A stretch of DNA of 64,000 bases from Alphaproteobacteria bacterium (GTDB lineage Bacteria > Pseudomonadota > Alphaproteobacteria > Rs-D84), in NCBI GenBank assembly GCA_017962125.1, contig JAGCVZ010000011.1, positions 115,764 through 179,763 of the forward strand, given 5' to 3'. Both the position numbers and the translations under genes were made by a program. Positions 28,981-39,928 of the stretch are shown in pieces. How positions within the stretch are numbered: position 1 is the stretch's first letter; each line of letters opens with the position of its first letter. The notes beneath the pieces are model-generated. The model saw only the letters and a list, made by a program, of their open reading frames with translations. It did no database searches and was not told where the DNA came from.

Positions 28981-29511
28981 TTACCGCCGAAAAACCCCAC
29001 GCAACCGTGTTCCTGTCCGACGAACCGCAGATGCACGACCAACAGACCCACTGCCGGCCTGTGGAACCGCACAAACCCATTCATCGTTTTGCAAAATAGC
29101 ATCTTCACCTTCGGGGCATACGGGCTTTTCAAGGTTCCAATTAAAACAGCCGCCCTTTTGCACCGATGTATAAGTCGCAGAATCAGCCCCCGCGCGCGTA
29201 TATGCGCCATACTCTGGATTCCATATACCCTTGGCCGCACCGGAACACCACTTACGATCGCCAAAGCATTCAATACAATTCCCATTTACATCGCACAACT
29301 CAACCGGCGCAGCAGTCATAAAATAACCATTTGCCGCCCTGTCCTTGTTTCCCATAACACGCCCTGTTTCCAAGTCACGACACCATAGTTTTCGACACTC
29401 TTTGGCAACAACACCGTCAATTTTACCCACATCAACCAATACATAGCCCGGTCCACAATCACCGGCAAACGCGCTGCCACAAATCAAAAAAGCAAACAAA
29501 ATTTTTTTCAT
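28981..29511 (-). CDS. Secreted Cys-rich hypothetical protein (176 aa)
   Basis: Signal peptide MKKILFAFLICGSAFA; 16 Cys; the C-terminal ~30 aa (Arg/Gly-rich) may be over-extended. Confidence 0.45.
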   Translation of the reverse strand: MKKILFAFLICGSAFAGDCGPGYVLVDVGKIDGVVAKECRKLWCRDLETGRVMGNKDRAANGYFMTAAPVELCDVNGNCIECFGDRKWCSGAAKGIWNPEYGAYTRAGADSATYTSVQKGGCFNWNLEKPVCPEGEDAILQNDEWVCAVPQAGSGSVGRASAVRRTGTRLRGVFRR

Positions 29512-29566
29512 ATTCCTTCCTTTGCAACAATTTTACACTTTTTTGGCATGTTTTGCAAATATGTTT

Positions 29567-29995
29567 TTATTGCCCCAGTGCACCCGGACTAAACCGCCCG
29601 ATATTATTAAACAATTCTTGCAGCGCATTCAATTCAATTGCCGCCGGAATTTCAGTTTCATCCGAATCAATTTGAACATCTGGCAAATCATCGTCGTGCA
29701 AAATTTGAGTCTTGGTCACACGACCACCGTTCACCCATGCAAGCAACACAGTCTTTTCATCATAAGAAAGTGGAAAAGGTCCATGATAATTTTCATTTTC
29801 ACCAAAATAAACCCAAACTTCGTCACCATAAATTGTCTTTACCTGGGGCGAACCAATCAAATCTTCTAATTGTTTCGTGGTTTTTATATTTGCAACCCGT
29901 GTTTCCAAATCATTCGGAAAAACATAGCCACGATGTTTAGTCTGAAAAGTGCATGCGCAAAGCGCCAACGCCAAAATCAAAATTATTTTTTTCAT
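29567..29995 (-). CDS. BamE/SmpA-OmlA-like outer membrane lipoprotein
   Basis: Lipobox LALCAC; LEDLIGSPQ...WVYF resembles the BamE fold motif. Confidence 0.4.
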   Translation of the reverse strand: MKKIILILALALCACTFQTKHRGYVFPNDLETRVANIKTTKQLEDLIGSPQVKTIYGDEVWVYFGENENYHGPFPLSYDEKTVLLAWVNGGRVTKTQILHDDDLPDVQIDSDETEIPAAIELNALQELFNNIGRFSPGALGQ

Positions 29996-30870
29996 CTGAT
30001 TATTTCCCTCGGTGGTGTATTTATTTTGCCTGTTGTTTTCATTTTTTGCAATACTTCTTTTTGATACTCAGTCGTATTAAGCAATTTGTCCGCATCTAAA
30101 CCTAATTTTTCAGCCAATTCTTTGACAAGCCAACCACGATTTTTTCGTGTTTCCTGAATCCGTTTCAGCCAAAGTTTTGCTGCACTGACTTTATCAAGAT
30201 TGTACTTCTCTTCTATTTTTTCTATGATGGTCCGTATGAAAATGTATGACGATATATAAGATTTTTGAAATGATGCCGGGCGATTTTCCACAACATCGCT
30301 AAAAACATCTGGTATGCCCAGTATTTGACCCGCCGTATAAATATCGGTATTCAATACCGCGTTGATGTGGCTTTGGGTTCGGTTTTCATACCCCAATAAA
30401 TACCAAGGAACCAATTCCGCAAAACCTTCATTAAATAGCAAATCTTTGCATTCAAATTCATACTGAATCAAATGAGCATATTCGTGTAAATCCATCACAT
30501 GCGATAATCGACCGGATGCCTTTTCCAAAATAAATAAATTTTGTGACGAACCATATGCAATATTTAAACCGTCCTTGTCAAAACATTGAACTGGCCGCCC
30601 TCCTTGTTCTTTATCTTTGTACGGATACAGCAGCAACTCCACAAACCTTTCATCAGGAACCAAATACACATAAAACTTTTTATCATTATTCGGCAACAGC
30701 TGAAGGGACATTAATTCATATATGCAACCAACTTGCTCTGATACCGCCAAATCATAAACACCTGCATCATATCTTTGCGCCAATTCCGGCGACATGCGGA
30801 AATACAGATTCTTGTCCGCAATCCGCAGTTCCGAATTTTTCAGATAATCGCGCAACGCTTCGTAAGCCAT
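29992..30870 (-). CDS. Hypothetical HExxH zinc metallopeptidase-like protein
   Basis: HEYAHLIQYE motif; 4-nt overlap with the downstream lipoprotein gene; 6-nt gap after the PFOR gene. Confidence 0.45.
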   Translation of the reverse strand: MAYEALRDYLKNSELRIADKNLYFRMSPELAQRYDAGVYDLAVSEQVGCIYELMSLQLLPNNDKKFYVYLVPDERFVELLLYPYKDKEQGGRPVQCFDKDGLNIAYGSSQNLFILEKASGRLSHVMDLHEYAHLIQYEFECKDLLFNEGFAELVPWYLLGYENRTQSHINAVLNTDIYTAGQILGIPDVFSDVVENRPASFQKSYISSYIFIRTIIEKIEEKYNLDKVSAAKLWLKRIQETRKNRGWLVKELAEKLGLDADKLLNTTEYQKEVLQKMKTTGKINTPPREIIR

Positions 30871-30875
30871 AAAAA

Positions 30876-33800
30876 CTAACCTTCCCCGTTTTCTTTGACC
30901 GTATTCGCCTGCATCATCGCAAAGTGTGCAATGTATTTTTTCAGTTGTGTCCGATACTCGTTATTTTCCTTGGCATATTCGACCAATTTATCAAAGTTCG
31001 GATTCGCAGCCCGCGCCGCCCCGAACCGCGTTTCAGTCTTCAGGAAATCTTCCAATGGGGTCAAATTATCAACATTCGAATCCATCACCAACGGGTTATG
31101 CCCTTCGACAATCAGACGCGGATCAAACCGATACAGCGGCCACGCACCCGTATTCACCATTTGCGTTTGGTGTTCTGGACCATTTTGCAACGCGAACCCA
31201 TGCGCGATACATGGTGCATAGGCAAGTATTATTGATGGACCGTTAAAACTTTCCGCCTCACGAAACGCTTTTATTGCCTGAACCGGATTAGCACCCAATG
31301 CAATTTGCGCAACATATGCACCCGACATCATCGCAATCATACCCAAATCTTTCTTTGCGTGATTTTTCCCACCGATTGCAAACTTCATACTTGCACCGAA
31401 CGGGGTCGCCTTGGACTGTTGCCCACCGGTATTCGAATACCCTTCGGTATCAAGCACCAATATGTTCACATTTTCACCACTGTGTAACACATGATCCAAT
31501 CCGCCGTATCCAATATCATACGCCCAACCGTCTCCACCAACAATCCAAACAGACTTTTGCACAATGTCGCCCAGCATACTTTCCGCGAGCCGCGCATCTG
31601 GCGAATTAATTTTCTTTAATTTCTTTACCAAATCTTCCTTCGTTGCGCGCTGTTTTTCAATATCGGTCTCGTTAAAGATTTCTTCGACATTTTTGATACC
31701 CAATTCAAACAGCAATCCACGCAACATATCGCGTCGTTGATTCAATGCGACCCGCATACCCAAACCATATTCGGCATTATCTTCGAACAGCGAATTCGAC
31801 CACGCCGGCCCACGACCATTTGCATCGCATGTCCAAGGTGTTGTCGGCAAGTTAGCACCATAAATCGAAGAACACCCTGTTGCATTCGCAACCACCATAT
31901 GATCACCAAACAAATGCGCCATCATTTTGATATACGGCGTTTCACCGCAGCCTGCACAGGCGCCTGGAAATTCAAAATAATGCGGCAACAATTCAATATG
32001 CTTTGGCGTATTAAGGTTTAATTTTTCGCGTGGCAAATCCGGCAGTTTCACCACTTCATCGAACGCCTGCTGGTCATCAGAATTCGCATCCACCATGGAA
32101 AGCGCCCCAACCGGACAATTCTTTACGCACAGCCCACACCCAGTACAATCCGCGGACGAAACACTGATTGTAAAATACATACCAGCGCCCAATTCCGGTG
32201 TTTTCATCGGCACGACAATAACACCCTTTGCCCTTGCGGCATCCGCCTGCTCTGCAGTCAAAGCCTTGATACGAATCGCCGCATGTGGACACAGCATTGA
32301 ACACCGTCCACATTGAATACATTTTTCCAAATTGCACTTTGCAACACGAGCCGCTATCGCACGCTTTTCATATTTTGACGTTCCCACAGGATATTGCCCT
32401 GCCCCAAATTCAGAGCCAACCTTAAATCTTGAAACCGGAATCGCATCCCCGCGTCCCGCCGCCATTTCACCAAGAGTTCCTGCAATTACATTCGGTGCAT
32501 CCGCGGTCATGGCCGGAACAAAGTCCGGTGCAAAACTTGACACTGACGAAGGCATATCAAAATGTTTCAGATATTTCGCCGCTTTATCCACTGCAGCCCA
32601 ATTTGCTTCTACTACGTCCATACCCTTTTTCTTATAAGTCTTTTCAATAGCGGCTTTTGCGGATTCAGCGGCAACCTTTGGATTAATCACTTTGGTTAAA
32701 TTAAAGAAATTCAACATAATGAAAGTATTAATACGATTGCCCAATCCTAATTCCGCCGCGGCACCGTTTGCATCCAAGAAATAAACGTTCGCACGCATAC
32801 GCATCAAATGCTCTTGGGCATCACGTGGCAGATTTGCAAACGCAACATCCGGTGCCATAGAAGTATTTATCATAACCGTTCCACCCGCACGCAACCCTTT
32901 GAACACATCAAATCGCTGTGCAATCATAAAGTTTGAAACACTTATAAAATCCGCAACCTCTACTAAATACTGACTTTTAATTGGTTTATCGGAAAATCTA
33001 ATATGTGATGCGGTGAGTCCGCCAGACTTTTTGGAATCGTACACTGCATAAGATTGTGGATATAAATCTGAATTTTCCCCAACAATTTTTACAATATTCT
33101 TCACCGCACCAACAGTTCCGTCACTGCCGATACCATATAAAATCGCAGTCTTGAAATTCGGATCTTCAACAGAAAAAGCCGAATCGGTTTTAAGCGACAA
33201 TTTTGTCAAATCATCATCAATCCCGACTGTAAAATTATGATGCAGTGTTTCACGTTTCATATTTTCAAACACAGCGGCAACATCGCGTGGCTTGAATTCC
33301 TTGGACCCAAGCCCATAGCGCCCACCAAAGACCGCCACCTTATCACCGACAACGGATTTAACATCCACATAAAGCGGTTCCCCAACCGCACCTGGCTCTT
33401 TGGTTCTATCAAGCACCGCAATTTGTTTTACCGTTTTCGGCAACGCCGCCAAAAACGCATCTACAGGGAACGGCCGATAAAGATGAATTTTAATCAAACC
33501 CACACCTGCCGGTAAATGTGCAATAGTTTCTTCAATGGTTTCACACGCCGACCCCATTGCGACAATTATATTTTCCGCCTTTTTATCGCCAACATATTCA
33601 ACCAAACCATATTTACGCCCAGTAAGATTTGCAAATTCATCCATACACTGTGCGACGATTTTTGGTGTGGCGGCATAAAGTTCATTTGCGGCTTCGCGTC
33701 CTTGAAAATATACATCGGGATTTTGCGCTGTTCCACGAATTGTCGGATTATCAGGATTCATACCCATCGCATGATACCGCGCCACCAAATTTTCTGGAAT

Positions 33801-34376
33801 CATCTTGCGCAAGACATCGTCATCTATACGATTCAACCGCGATTCTTCATGACTTGTGCGAAATCCATCAAAGAAATGCAGAAACGGTACGCGCGCACGC
33901 AAAGTTGCCGCATGTGCAATCGCCGCCATATCATGTGCTTGTTGCACATTGTGCGATGACAGCAATGCAAAACCCACCCCACGCACCGCCATAACATCAC
34001 TGTGGTCACCAAAAATCGATAGCGCATGCGTTGCCAATGCGCGCGCCGCCACATGCATGACAAAGGGAGTTTGTTCCCCCGCAATTTTATACATATTCGG
34101 AATCATGAATAACAAGCCCTGAGATGCAGTAAATGTTGTAGCAAGCGCCCCCATCTGCAACGCACCATGCATAGCACCTGCCGCGCCACCTTCGGATTCC
34201 ATCTCTATTATTTGTGGAATAGCACCCCAGATATTTTTTTTATGCTGAAACGACCATTCATCAGCAAGCTCGCCCATAGTACTACTTGGGGTAATCGGAT
34301 AAATTGCCGCAAAATCCACACAGCGATACGCGACATCCACCGCCGCCCAGTTACCATCAACAATCAAATTTGCCAT
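30876..34376 (-). CDS. nifJ: Pyruvate:ferredoxin (flavodoxin) oxidoreductase, single-chain PFOR
   Basis: 1166 aa; TPP-binding domains, two 4Fe-4S ferredoxin motifs (CIQCGRCSMLCP, CTGCGLCVKNCP), C-terminal GDG TPP motif; collinear with NifJ/YdbK. Confidence 0.95.
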   Translation of the reverse strand: MANLIVDGNWAAVDVAYRCVDFAAIYPITPSSTMGELADEWSFQHKKNIWGAIPQIIEMESEGGAAGAMHGALQMGALATTFTASQGLLFMIPNMYKIAGEQTPFVMHVAARALATHALSIFGDHSDVMAVRGVGFALLSSHNVQQAHDMAAIAHAATLRARVPFLHFFDGFRTSHEESRLNRIDDDVLRKMIPENLVARYHAMGMNPDNPTIRGTAQNPDVYFQGREAANELYAATPKIVAQCMDEFANLTGRKYGLVEYVGDKKAENIIVAMGSACETIEETIAHLPAGVGLIKIHLYRPFPVDAFLAALPKTVKQIAVLDRTKEPGAVGEPLYVDVKSVVGDKVAVFGGRYGLGSKEFKPRDVAAVFENMKRETLHHNFTVGIDDDLTKLSLKTDSAFSVEDPNFKTAILYGIGSDGTVGAVKNIVKIVGENSDLYPQSYAVYDSKKSGGLTASHIRFSDKPIKSQYLVEVADFISVSNFMIAQRFDVFKGLRAGGTVMINTSMAPDVAFANLPRDAQEHLMRMRANVYFLDANGAAAELGLGNRINTFIMLNFFNLTKVINPKVAAESAKAAIEKTYKKKGMDVVEANWAAVDKAAKYLKHFDMPSSVSSFAPDFVPAMTADAPNVIAGTLGEMAAGRGDAIPVSRFKVGSEFGAGQYPVGTSKYEKRAIAARVAKCNLEKCIQCGRCSMLCPHAAIRIKALTAEQADAARAKGVIVVPMKTPELGAGMYFTISVSSADCTGCGLCVKNCPVGALSMVDANSDDQQAFDEVVKLPDLPREKLNLNTPKHIELLPHYFEFPGACAGCGETPYIKMMAHLFGDHMVVANATGCSSIYGANLPTTPWTCDANGRGPAWSNSLFEDNAEYGLGMRVALNQRRDMLRGLLFELGIKNVEEIFNETDIEKQRATKEDLVKKLKKINSPDARLAESMLGDIVQKSVWIVGGDGWAYDIGYGGLDHVLHSGENVNILVLDTEGYSNTGGQQSKATPFGASMKFAIGGKNHAKKDLGMIAMMSGAYVAQIALGANPVQAIKAFREAESFNGPSIILAYAPCIAHGFALQNGPEHQTQMVNTGAWPLYRFDPRLIVEGHNPLVMDSNVDNLTPLEDFLKTETRFGAARAANPNFDKLVEYAKENNEYRTQLKKYIAHFAMMQANTVKENGEG

Positions 34377-34465
34377 ATCTTAATCCCCTTTTATTTCTTA
34401 ATTTCGCCAAATCATAGCCCCTTTTCAAACCAAAGGCAAGGGATTAAATAATGCAAAACAATCCA

Positions 34466-34489
34466 ACAAAAAACGTCCCCACTGGGACG
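34466..34489 (-). terminator. Intrinsic terminator (cgtccc-cact-gggacg + T-run)
   Basis: Perfect 6-bp stem downstream of the lipoprotein gene. Confidence 0.55.
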
Positions 34490-34496
34490 CTTGTAA

Positions 34497-35021
34497 TTAT
34501 TTATGTTTATTCCTGATTCGCTTTTGGCGGGCAATATAAAGCGCTTTGACAGTTTCCTTATACGCCGCATAATTGGCACGACAACGCAGTTCATCACTCG
34601 CGCCACCTTGCACATGATCACCATATTCCCATTTACCTTTTTCATTTATAAAACTACCCGGGCCATACGATTGTCTTGGTGCTTTTTGAACAGAATCCCA
34701 AATAGCAGCATAAGTGCGGGCACCATTGTTATAGTACTTTAACGCTACATCGGCATAACGTTTAATGGCATCAGCATAACGAATAGAATCTTCCACCGTA
34801 GCCGGACCCCACCCACTACACGGACGACCCTCAATACGTATTTCGCCGTTCCCCTGACGTTCCTCTGGGGTCAACGAACTCAACATCTCTTTATTGGCCT
34901 TTTGCAACAAATATTTTGCAAATTTATCAGAAATCTCTTTATCCCGTTTTTCCTGACTCTGACACCCCGTCAACAAAAGCGCCATCACCAAGAACAAAAC
35001 AATTGATTTATTATTTTTCAT
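34497..35021 (-). CDS. Hypothetical lipoprotein
   Basis: Start MKNNKSIVLFLVMALLLTGC (lipobox) with AAGAGGT ribosome-binding site; the track start 35045 is GTG without a ribosome-binding site. Confidence 0.55.
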   Translation of the reverse strand: MKNNKSIVLFLVMALLLTGCQSQEKRDKEISDKFAKYLLQKANKEMLSSLTPEERQGNGEIRIEGRPCSGWGPATVEDSIRYADAIKRYADVALKYYNNGARTYAAIWDSVQKAPRQSYGPGSFINEKGKWEYGDHVQGGASDELRCRANYAAYKETVKALYIARQKRIRNKHK

Positions 35022-35113
35022 ATCAACCTCTTTGGTTCGCACCAAGTGTTACCACAAAAAATACAAAATGTCAAGTCAATAAATAAATACCACCACACAA
35101 CCAACCCACCGCC

Positions 35114-35141
35114 CTTGAAACAAGATTTTTCTTCATTATAT
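35114..35141 (+). promoter_or_regulatory. Putative sigma32 (RpoH)-type heat-shock promoter upstream of groES
   Basis: CCCTTGAAA (-35) then 14 nt then CATTATAT, resembling the alphaproteobacterial RpoH consensus; no CIRCE inverted repeat seen. Confidence 0.4.
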
Positions 35142-35184
35142 TTTATGCATCAAAACAGCACAGAAATAACAAAAGGAGTATTGT

Positions 35185-35472
35185 ATGTTTAAACCATTAA
35201 ATAACTATGTGCTAATCAAGCGAATAGATGAAGACAACAAAACTGCGGGCGGAATTATTATTCCGGACACTGCACGCGAAAAACCTGCACGTGGCGAAGT
35301 CATCGCAGTCGGCGATGGTGAATTTCAAAACGGTTCGCGTATCACGATGACTGTAAAACCAAAAGACATCGTTTTGGTCGCAAAATGGGCGGCATCCGCA
35401 AACGAGGTTAAAATTGACGGCACGGAATATGTTCTTGTTAAAGAATCCGATATTTTGGGAATAATCAAGTAA
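35185..35472 (+). CDS. groES: Co-chaperonin GroES
   Basis: 95 aa, canonical GroES (mobile loop [11 protein letters not shown]). Confidence 0.95.
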   Translation: MFKPLNNYVLIKRIDEDNKTAGGIIIPDTAREKPARGEVIAVGDGEFQNGSRITMTVKPKDIVLVAKWAASANEVKIDGTEYVLVKESDILGIIK

Positions 35473-35482
35473 GGAGAAAATC

Positions 35483-37099
35483 ATGGCAAAAGATATTATT
35501 TTCAATACTGATAAAATTGCAACCGGTGTGAATCAACTTGCGAACGCGGTAAAGATTACTATGGGGCCAAAGGGTCGGACGGTTGTTATCGATAAATCAT
35601 ATGGTGCGCCGGTCGCGACCAAGGATGGTGTGACGGTGGCCAAGGCGGTGTCTTTAAAAGACCCGGCGGAAAACATTGGCGCACGCATGATTCAAGAAGT
35701 TGCAAAAAAAGCGGGCGATGATGCGGGGGACGGAACGACAACGGCAACAGTGCTTGCGCAAAAAATCTTTCGTGAAGGTCGCCGTGTTATTGCCGCAGGT
35801 ATGAACCCAATGGACATCAAGCGCGGAATTGACATCGCAACGAGCGCGGTTGTTTCTGACATTGAATCGCACGCGCGTCCTGTTAAAAACAGTTCTGAAA
35901 TTGCCCAGGTCGCAACGATTTCTGCGAACGGCGATGCAGACATTGGTAAAAAAATCGCCGATGCGATGGAACGCGTTGGCAAAGAAGGTGTGATAACCGT
36001 CGAAGAAGCCAAAGGACTGGACACCGAAATCGATGTCGTTGAAGGTATGCAATTCGACCAGGGTTTCATGTCGCCGTACTTTGTTAGTAACAGCGAAAAA
36101 ATGATTGCCGAATTGGATGGTGCACAAATCTTGGTTTCCGAAAAGAAAATCACTGGTATTCAGGCACTATTGCCAATCCTTGAACCAATCGCGCAACAAG
36201 GCAAACCGTTGCTTATTATCGCCGAAGATGTTGAATCCGAAGCGTTGGCGACATTGGTGTTGAACCGTCTGCGCGGCGGATTAAAGGTTTGCGCGGTCAA
36301 GGCACCGGGTTTTGGCGACCGCCGCAAAGAAATGTTGCGCGATATCGCAATTGTAACGGGCGCGACTGTTGTGTCGGACGATATGGGCATGACATTCGAA
36401 AATTTAACACCGGCGGTGCTGGGTTCGGCAAAGCGCGTCGTTGTTGATAAATCCACAACACTTATCGTTGGTGGCGCGGGCGACAAAAAGGCAATCGCTG
36501 CACGTGCGGACGAAATTCGCGTAAATATCAAAAACAGCACCAGTGACTATGACCGTGAAAAATTATCTGAACGGCTTGCGAAAATCGTTGGCGGCGTTGC
36601 GGTTATCAAAGTTGGCGGTATGACCGAAGTCGAAGTCAAAGAAAAGAAAGACCGCGTTGATGATGCATTGGCCGCGACACGCGCCGCGGTTGCAGACGGA
36701 ATTGTTGCGGGCGGTGGCGTTGCACTGTTGCGTGCGGGCGCCGCATTGGCCAAGGTCAAAGGCGAAAACGCCGACCAAAATGTTGGTATTGATATTGTTC
36801 GCCGCGCAATCGTTGCGCCGTGCGCGCAAATCGCGGAAAACGCCGGCGTGTCGGGCGAAATCGTTGTTGGCAAGGTATCCGAAGGTAAAGATTACAACTT
36901 TGGATATAATGCACAAACAGGCGAATATGTAGATATGATGAAGGCGGGAATTATCGACCCTGCCAAGGTTGTAAAAACCGCAATAATGGCGGCGGCATCA
37001 ACCGCGGGCGTATTGCTTACCACCGGCGCAGTTATGGTTGAAATTCCCGAAGAAAAACCAGCACCACAAATGCCTGGTGGCATGCCGGGTATGATGTAA
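35483..37099 (+). CDS. groEL: Chaperonin GroEL
   Basis: 538 aa; [14 protein letters not shown] motif; C-terminal GGM repeats (MPGGMPGMM). Confidence 0.97.
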   Translation: MAKDIIFNTDKIATGVNQLANAVKITMGPKGRTVVIDKSYGAPVATKDGVTVAKAVSLKDPAENIGARMIQEVAKKAGDDAGDGTTTATVLAQKIFREGRRVIAAGMNPMDIKRGIDIATSAVVSDIESHARPVKNSSEIAQVATISANGDADIGKKIADAMERVGKEGVITVEEAKGLDTEIDVVEGMQFDQGFMSPYFVSNSEKMIAELDGAQILVSEKKITGIQALLPILEPIAQQGKPLLIIAEDVESEALATLVLNRLRGGLKVCAVKAPGFGDRRKEMLRDIAIVTGATVVSDDMGMTFENLTPAVLGSAKRVVVDKSTTLIVGGAGDKKAIAARADEIRVNIKNSTSDYDREKLSERLAKIVGGVAVIKVGGMTEVEVKEKKDRVDDALAATRAAVADGIVAGGGVALLRAGAALAKVKGENADQNVGIDIVRRAIVAPCAQIAENAGVSGEIVVGKVSEGKDYNFGYNAQTGEYVDMMKAGIIDPAKVVKTAIMAAASTAGVLLTTGAVMVEIPEEKPAPQMPGGMPGMM

Positions 37100-37118
37100 A
37101 AATACGACGGCAAAATAT

Positions 37119-37154
37119 AACCCTTTGATAACAATGTTATCAAAGGGTTTTTTG
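37119..37154 (+). terminator. Intrinsic terminator (ccctttgataac-aa-gttatcaaaggg + T6)
   Basis: 12-bp perfect stem and T-run after groEL. Confidence 0.8.
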
Positions 37155-37240
37155 TGTTTTTACATCTTAATTTTACAATCTTGCCACATCAAACCGTAAT
37201 GATTTAATAATTTGTGAAAATTTTGATAACGGTTGCATTT

Positions 37241-37825
37241 TTATTTCTTGTACTCCTGCGCAAGTTTTGTAAACACCAGTTGGTCTGAATATGTGCCATC
37301 AAAATGTTTGTTTGAACAGCGAATTTGACCATCCATATGATAACCACCTGCCAATATGCATTTTTTTGAATTTATATTATGCTCATCACAGGCACGTGCA
37401 ACCCTATTTGCCCCGAGTTGCTTAAATGCCATATTTTCTAAAAGTTCCCAAATTTCTTTATTAAAACCATACCCTTGTGCAGACCTTATAAACCAAATAT
37501 TTCCCCCCTGGGCACTGTCATTTGAATCAAAGAAAAACATACCATGATGACCTATTATTTTATCGTTGTAAAAAATATACCATACAACCCCATGTTGCTT
37601 GGTATCTTGCGTATCTTGTTTCATCGTTTCTAATGTTTCTTCAAAACTTTCTGGCAACGGCTTTTTGTACCCAGGCGACCAGTTTATATATTCAAAATCC
37701 GCGGGATTTTCATCTTTTATTGCTTCCCATACCACCTTGGCATTTTCTGGTGTTGGTTCCAGTACGCGCAATTCCAAACGCGGCGTTTTCAAATTCCGTC
37801 TAAACAGTTCATAAAATTTTTCCAT
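37241..37825 (-). CDS. GNAT N-acetyltransferase, RimJ/RimL-like (Acetyltransf_3)
   Basis: RLELRVLEP N-terminal motif and GNAT core (HGVVWYIF...IGHHGM). Confidence 0.65.
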   Translation of the reverse strand: MEKFYELFRRNLKTPRLELRVLEPTPENAKVVWEAIKDENPADFEYINWSPGYKKPLPESFEETLETMKQDTQDTKQHGVVWYIFYNDKIIGHHGMFFFDSNDSAQGGNIWFIRSAQGYGFNKEIWELLENMAFKQLGANRVARACDEHNINSKKCILAGGYHMDGQIRCSNKHFDGTYSDQLVFTKLAQEYKK

Positions 37826-37863
37826 ATTATTTCCTTATAATTATTTTGATTGTACCATATTTT

Positions 37864-39270
37864 TTAAATATTTGTAATTGTTATCTGTTTATCCACCTTT
37901 ATATTACGGGCGAACATTTCATCGTGCGACACCAGTAATATCGCACCACGGTATTGATTCAACGCATCTTCCAGTATCGCGATTGATTTCAAATCCAGAT
38001 TGTTGGTTGGTTCGTCCAGAATCAGTAAATCGGGCTGGTTATCAGATCCTAAAACAATGCATAATGTCGCCTTTAACAATTCACCACCAGACAAAACACC
38101 AACTTTTTTTCGTGCCTGTTCATTTTTAAATCCGAAATTTGCCGCAATGGCAAAACTTTGATTCAGATTCAAGTTGGTCAGGTTCATTACATTATCAACA
38201 ATCGTTTGATTAGAATCCAACAGCGATAACCTTTGGTCAAGGTAACTTGCGCGGCCAAACAATTTTATTTCGCCACTTTGTGGGCGCAAGCGTCCTAGAA
38301 TCAATTTTAACAATGTTGTTTTCCCGCAACCGTTTTTGCCCATCAAACGGACACGTTCACCACCGCGCATTGAAAAATTGAACCTGTCAAAAATCAGATA
38401 GTCATAACCAAAAGACATATTTTCTATTCGCAACAATTCATTTTTCAAAAATGGCTTTTGTGGCAATGGGATTTTTATTTTATCGTTACGCAAAGATTCT
38501 GATATTTGTTGCCGTTCTTGCGTTTTCTCGTCCAATTTTTTCTGTATCAACTTTAATTTTTTGACCATGATGTTTTCCAATTTGTCGGATGCATCATGTA
38601 TCCCAGATAGCGCCTTGTGATTTCCACATTGCAACGCCTTTTTCCGTGTTTGATTTAATTTCTTTTGACCGGTCGCAGCGCAATCCAGTGCGATTGTTTT
38701 CGTTTTATTCAAGCGTGCTATGCGATTTTCAGTGTTGTTTAATTTTGCCTCTAATTGCCGCTGTTCTGCTTGTTTCTGGGACAGATAGAAATCGTAATTT
38801 CCGCTGTATAGTTTCAAATTATCTTTCTTTAATTCGAAAATAGTGTTTACTTTTTCCAACAATTCGCGGTCATGGGAAATTAGAACAATTCCGCCATTAA
38901 ACGAGAAAATATCATTGATCAATTTTTCCTTGGCGGCGCCGTCAAGATTATTCGTCGGTTCGTCCAACAGCAAAATATCCGCCCCAGACCCAAAGGCCGT
39001 TGCTAAAATTTTCTGTTGATGTTCACCACCAGATTTTGAATCGTATTCCGACATTTGCGACATCAAATACACGCACGCGCCACGCGTGATTGTGCCAGCC
39101 GTTGGTTCCAAATTTCCCGCAATCAAATTCAACAATGTTGTTTTTCCACACCCATTATCGCCAATAATGGCGACAATTTGGTTGTCGTGAAACACCGCCG
39201 ATATGTTCGAAAACAAATCGTCCGCGCCCGCATAATGAAAAGATACGTTTGATAGAGATATACAAGACAT
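37864..39270 (-). CDS. ABC-F family ATPase (two nucleotide-binding domains, no membrane domain)
   Basis: Two Walker A motifs (GDNGCGKTT, GKNGCGKTT), two signature motifs (SGGEHQ, LSGGELLK), coiled-coil linker. Confidence 0.75.
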   Translation of the reverse strand: MSCISLSNVSFHYAGADDLFSNISAVFHDNQIVAIIGDNGCGKTTLLNLIAGNLEPTAGTITRGACVYLMSQMSEYDSKSGGEHQQKILATAFGSGADILLLDEPTNNLDGAAKEKLINDIFSFNGGIVLISHDRELLEKVNTIFELKKDNLKLYSGNYDFYLSQKQAEQRQLEAKLNNTENRIARLNKTKTIALDCAATGQKKLNQTRKKALQCGNHKALSGIHDASDKLENIMVKKLKLIQKKLDEKTQERQQISESLRNDKIKIPLPQKPFLKNELLRIENMSFGYDYLIFDRFNFSMRGGERVRLMGKNGCGKTTLLKLILGRLRPQSGEIKLFGRASYLDQRLSLLDSNQTIVDNVMNLTNLNLNQSFAIAANFGFKNEQARKKVGVLSGGELLKATLCIVLGSDNQPDLLILDEPTNNLDLKSIAILEDALNQYRGAILLVSHDEMFARNIKVDKQITITNI

Positions 39271-39417
39271 GATAAAAACCTTTTAATATTGCAATAACGG
39301 GTGCATATTCCTATGCACAGTTTGTTTAGATAAGAATTACAATATTACATCCGCATCGGTTTTTATCCTTTTGTTTATGTTCGTATTTTAACACAAAACA
39401 TTATAAAAGTCAAATTT

Positions 39418-39867
39418 TTATTTATATTCCGCTTTATGCGTCTGCAAATAATTCAACAATGCTGCTTTGTGTTTTGCAAATGGCAATTGTTGTTTATCCG
39501 CACCCGGCACAAAAATTGTAACCCATGGATTCAGATACTGAATTACATAACATAATGCGCGAATATCCCGTACATCTGCCGATTGTATTTTACCAGTATT
39601 TGAATCATATTCACATTTTATCGTGGCACGAACCGAATGGTAAAAATCTTTTTTGGTTTTATCATTACAAACATCCGTAAATCCAATCTGACGCAGGCAC
39701 CCAACCACAAAATCGGTTGCCTGCTCACCCGCATATTCTTTACGCGGTTGAAACGATAAATCCTCTTTTTTGCCGTCATTACCATATACCTTAAACCGCC
39801 CCATTGGTTTCAAGGTTTCGCAAATCTGCCGTATTTCATCGGCACTAAGATTTTCTGTTACCATCAT
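39418..39867 (-). CDS. Hypothetical protein (149 aa)
   Basis: ORF with codon usage like its neighbours; no recognisable motif. Confidence 0.4.
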   Translation of the reverse strand: MMVTENLSADEIRQICETLKPMGRFKVYGNDGKKEDLSFQPRKEYAGEQATDFVVGCLRQIGFTDVCNDKTKKDFYHSVRATIKCEYDSNTGKIQSADVRDIRALCYVIQYLNPWVTIFVPGADKQQLPFAKHKAALLNYLQTHKAEYK

Positions 39868-39928
39868 AACATTATCCTTACTTTATTCGAGATAAATATA
39901 ATACAAAATAATACGATTGTCAAGAAAG

